Shown piece after piece: positions 62,569 through 64,000 of a stretch of DNA of 64,000 nucleotides. The DNA is from Alphaproteobacteria bacterium. Its GTDB lineage: Bacteria > Pseudomonadota > Alphaproteobacteria > UBA828. The notes below the pieces were generated by a model. It was not told the DNA's origin and did not search any database. It saw only the letters and a list, made by a program, of their open reading frames with translations. Location of the stretch: NCBI GenBank assembly GCA_963667785.2, contig CAXXMU010000001.1, forward strand, positions 896,001-960,000, in the 5' to 3' direction. Position 1 is the stretch's first letter. The number at the start of each line of letters is the position of its first letter. The position numbers and the translations under genes were made by a program.

Positions 62569-63585
62569 ATGCATGACATCGAACGCGCCGACACTTCCGA
62601 CACCACGATGGCCGACGCCTTCGCACGGGCCGGCTTCGACACCGACACCGTCATCGAGACCGCCGACGGCGGCGAGGACGACGGGCCGCGCGCGCAGTCC
62701 CAGACCGCCATCGCCTGTGAGCAGGCTGCCCTCTTCGGCACGACCCCGGAGCGCGACGAGCTCGACCCGCGCGACGTCTGGGACCAGGACGACGCCACCG
62801 ACGCGGTGAGCGAGGCGTTCCGCATCCTGGCCGAGGGTGTCGCACCGGACGGCTTCCAGCTCGCCGACGAGCGCGAGAGCCTGCTGTGGGGCTTCGTCAA
62901 CTGCCTCGACGCCCAGGTGCGCCGCCTCGACCGCGCCACCGACCGGCTGCTGCCCGAGATGCGCGACCTCGAGCGCGCCCAGGACGGCACCGAGGTGAAG
63001 TCGCGCGAGCTGGAGCTCATCACCGACCGGGCGCGGAACTTCGGCGACCGCCGCGACGCCTTCGAGACCATGCGCGACCTGGCCGCCGACGGCTACCGCG
63101 TCGAGACCGGCGAGGTCTGGCGCCCGCGTCACGGGTCCCACATTAGCCAGACCGGGCACCTCACCTCCGCCGCCATCGACGCCCGCGACTTCCAGCGCGC
63201 ACGCAAGGACCGCGAGACCAGGGCGCACCTGCCGCAGGGAACCCTCATCGCCATCGCGGGCGGGAAGGACGTCGCGGACCCCGCCGCCGTCATCGCCCGG
63301 CTTGACAAGGCCCGCGAGAAGTACGCCGACATGATCCTGGTGCACGGCGGCGGCCCCGGCGTCGAGCGGATCGCCGCGCAGTGGGCCGAGCGGAACGGGG
63401 TGCACCAGGTGGTGTGCAAGCCCGACTGGAACAAGCACAAGCGGGCCGCCCCCTTCCGCAGGAACGACGACCTGCTGAACCTCCTGCCGAAGGGCGTCAT
63501 CGCCTTCCCCGGTTCGGGCATCACCGACAACCTCGTCGACAAGGCGATCTCGATGGGCATTCCGGTCCAGCGCGTCGCGGCCTGA
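62569..63585 (+). CDS. DUF2493 (YspA-type SLOG) protein
   Basis: LLWGFVN, WRPRHGS, IAGG, LVHGG, AAPFRRND, FPGSGIT; CAGGAG SD. Confidence 0.82.
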   Translation: MHDIERADTSDTTMADAFARAGFDTDTVIETADGGEDDGPRAQSQTAIACEQAALFGTTPERDELDPRDVWDQDDATDAVSEAFRILAEGVAPDGFQLADERESLLWGFVNCLDAQVRRLDRATDRLLPEMRDLERAQDGTEVKSRELELITDRARNFGDRRDAFETMRDLAADGYRVETGEVWRPRHGSHISQTGHLTSAAIDARDFQRARKDRETRAHLPQGTLIAIAGGKDVADPAAVIARLDKAREKYADMILVHGGGPGVERIAAQWAERNGVHQVVCKPDWNKHKRAAPFRRNDDLLNLLPKGVIAFPGSGITDNLVDKAISMGIPVQRVAA

Positions 63586-63623
63586 CCCGCAGCGCCTCCA
63601 CGGGTCGCGCCCTCATCCCCGGC

Positions 63624-63656
63624 AACGGGCGGTGGCGGCGCGGCCCGTTTCTTTTT
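63624..63656 (+). terminator. Intrinsic terminator after the DUF2493 gene
   Basis: aacgggc...gcccgtt followed by tcttttt. Confidence 0.6.
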
Positions 63657-63853
63657 GGTCGGCACTGCCCGCGACACCACCAACGCGGCTCGCCTTCGCG
63701 TCGCGCGACGCCTGCGGCGCCGCGCTCCGCGCCGGCTCCGCCGCTCTTCTTCCGTAACATGTCAGGCACCCGACGATGCAGACGGTGCTGCCGATGACGC
63801 CACTCTTGATGGTGCCGAACATGGATACGCTCGCGCTTGTCCGTATGGTGTGT

Positions 63854-63970
63854 TTGGGCGCGTCGCTTCGCGACCGGGCTACCCTGTCGAGCCCGCTTCG
63901 CGGTCTCGCCCCTTCGGGCGGGTATCCCTCGCGCCTCCGCTCCCTTCGGTCGCTGCGCGCTCCGCTTGCC
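63854..63970. repeat. ~117 nt structured direct repeat, copy 2
   Basis: Near-identical to 61972-62087. Confidence 0.9.
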
Positions 63971-64000
63971 CGGCGGCTCGCTGCGCTCGCCGCCGCTGCC

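Larger units (their letters stand above)
19300..64000. mobile_element. Integrated ICE/plasmid-like genomic island (continues past window end; boundaries approximate)
   Basis: Integrase fragments, TA, HU, ParB, strawberry-notch helicase, ssb, toprim primase, DUF2958 and DUF2493 backbone genes with lower-GC defence-type cargo; housekeeping genes stop at 19150. Confidence 0.85.

Noticed and set aside
61972-63970. Repeats as a CRISPR array or IS ends
   Set aside because: Only two long direct copies 1.9 kb apart; no spacers, cas genes, transposase or terminal inverted repeats.

Overview
GC-rich alphaproteobacterial (Rhodospirillales-like) chromosome segment. 1-19.2 kb is housekeeping: DUF3179 3' end, a PcaD-like hydrolase, metK-trmB, the rimP-nusA-ylxR-infB-rbfA-truB-rpsO-pnp cluster, a nitronate-monooxygenase-like gene and a BMP-type (nucleoside) ABC transporter. 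From about 19.3 kb to beyond the window end is an ICE/plasmid-like island. Its left part holds a tyrosine integrase broken at the HxLRHS motif, an ApeA-like HEPN gene, a HigBA-like TA pair, and a lower-GC cassette. The cassette encodes a YhhA/YhhB-type cyclophane (triceptide) RiPP operon, extended by an arginase-fold protein, a GNAT and a DUF483-like protein, and a convergent Sir2-TPR gene. The right part is a mostly + strand backbone resembling a conjugative leading region: PAPS-reductase-like gene, MoxR AAA/DUF3150/vWA module, ParB, GHKL ATPase, strawberry-notch methylase-helicase, SLOG proteins, SSB, AlkB, DarG-like macrodomain, primase, DUF4326-NADAR fusion and DUF2493. An NLR-like NACHT gene interrupts it, and two ~116 nt repeats rich in GNA-triloop hairpins lie near the right end. 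The best novel-system candidates are the RiPP+Sir2 cassette and the orphan DNA ADP-ribosylation/alkylation reversal kit. All family calls come from motif recognition by eye; no searches were run.
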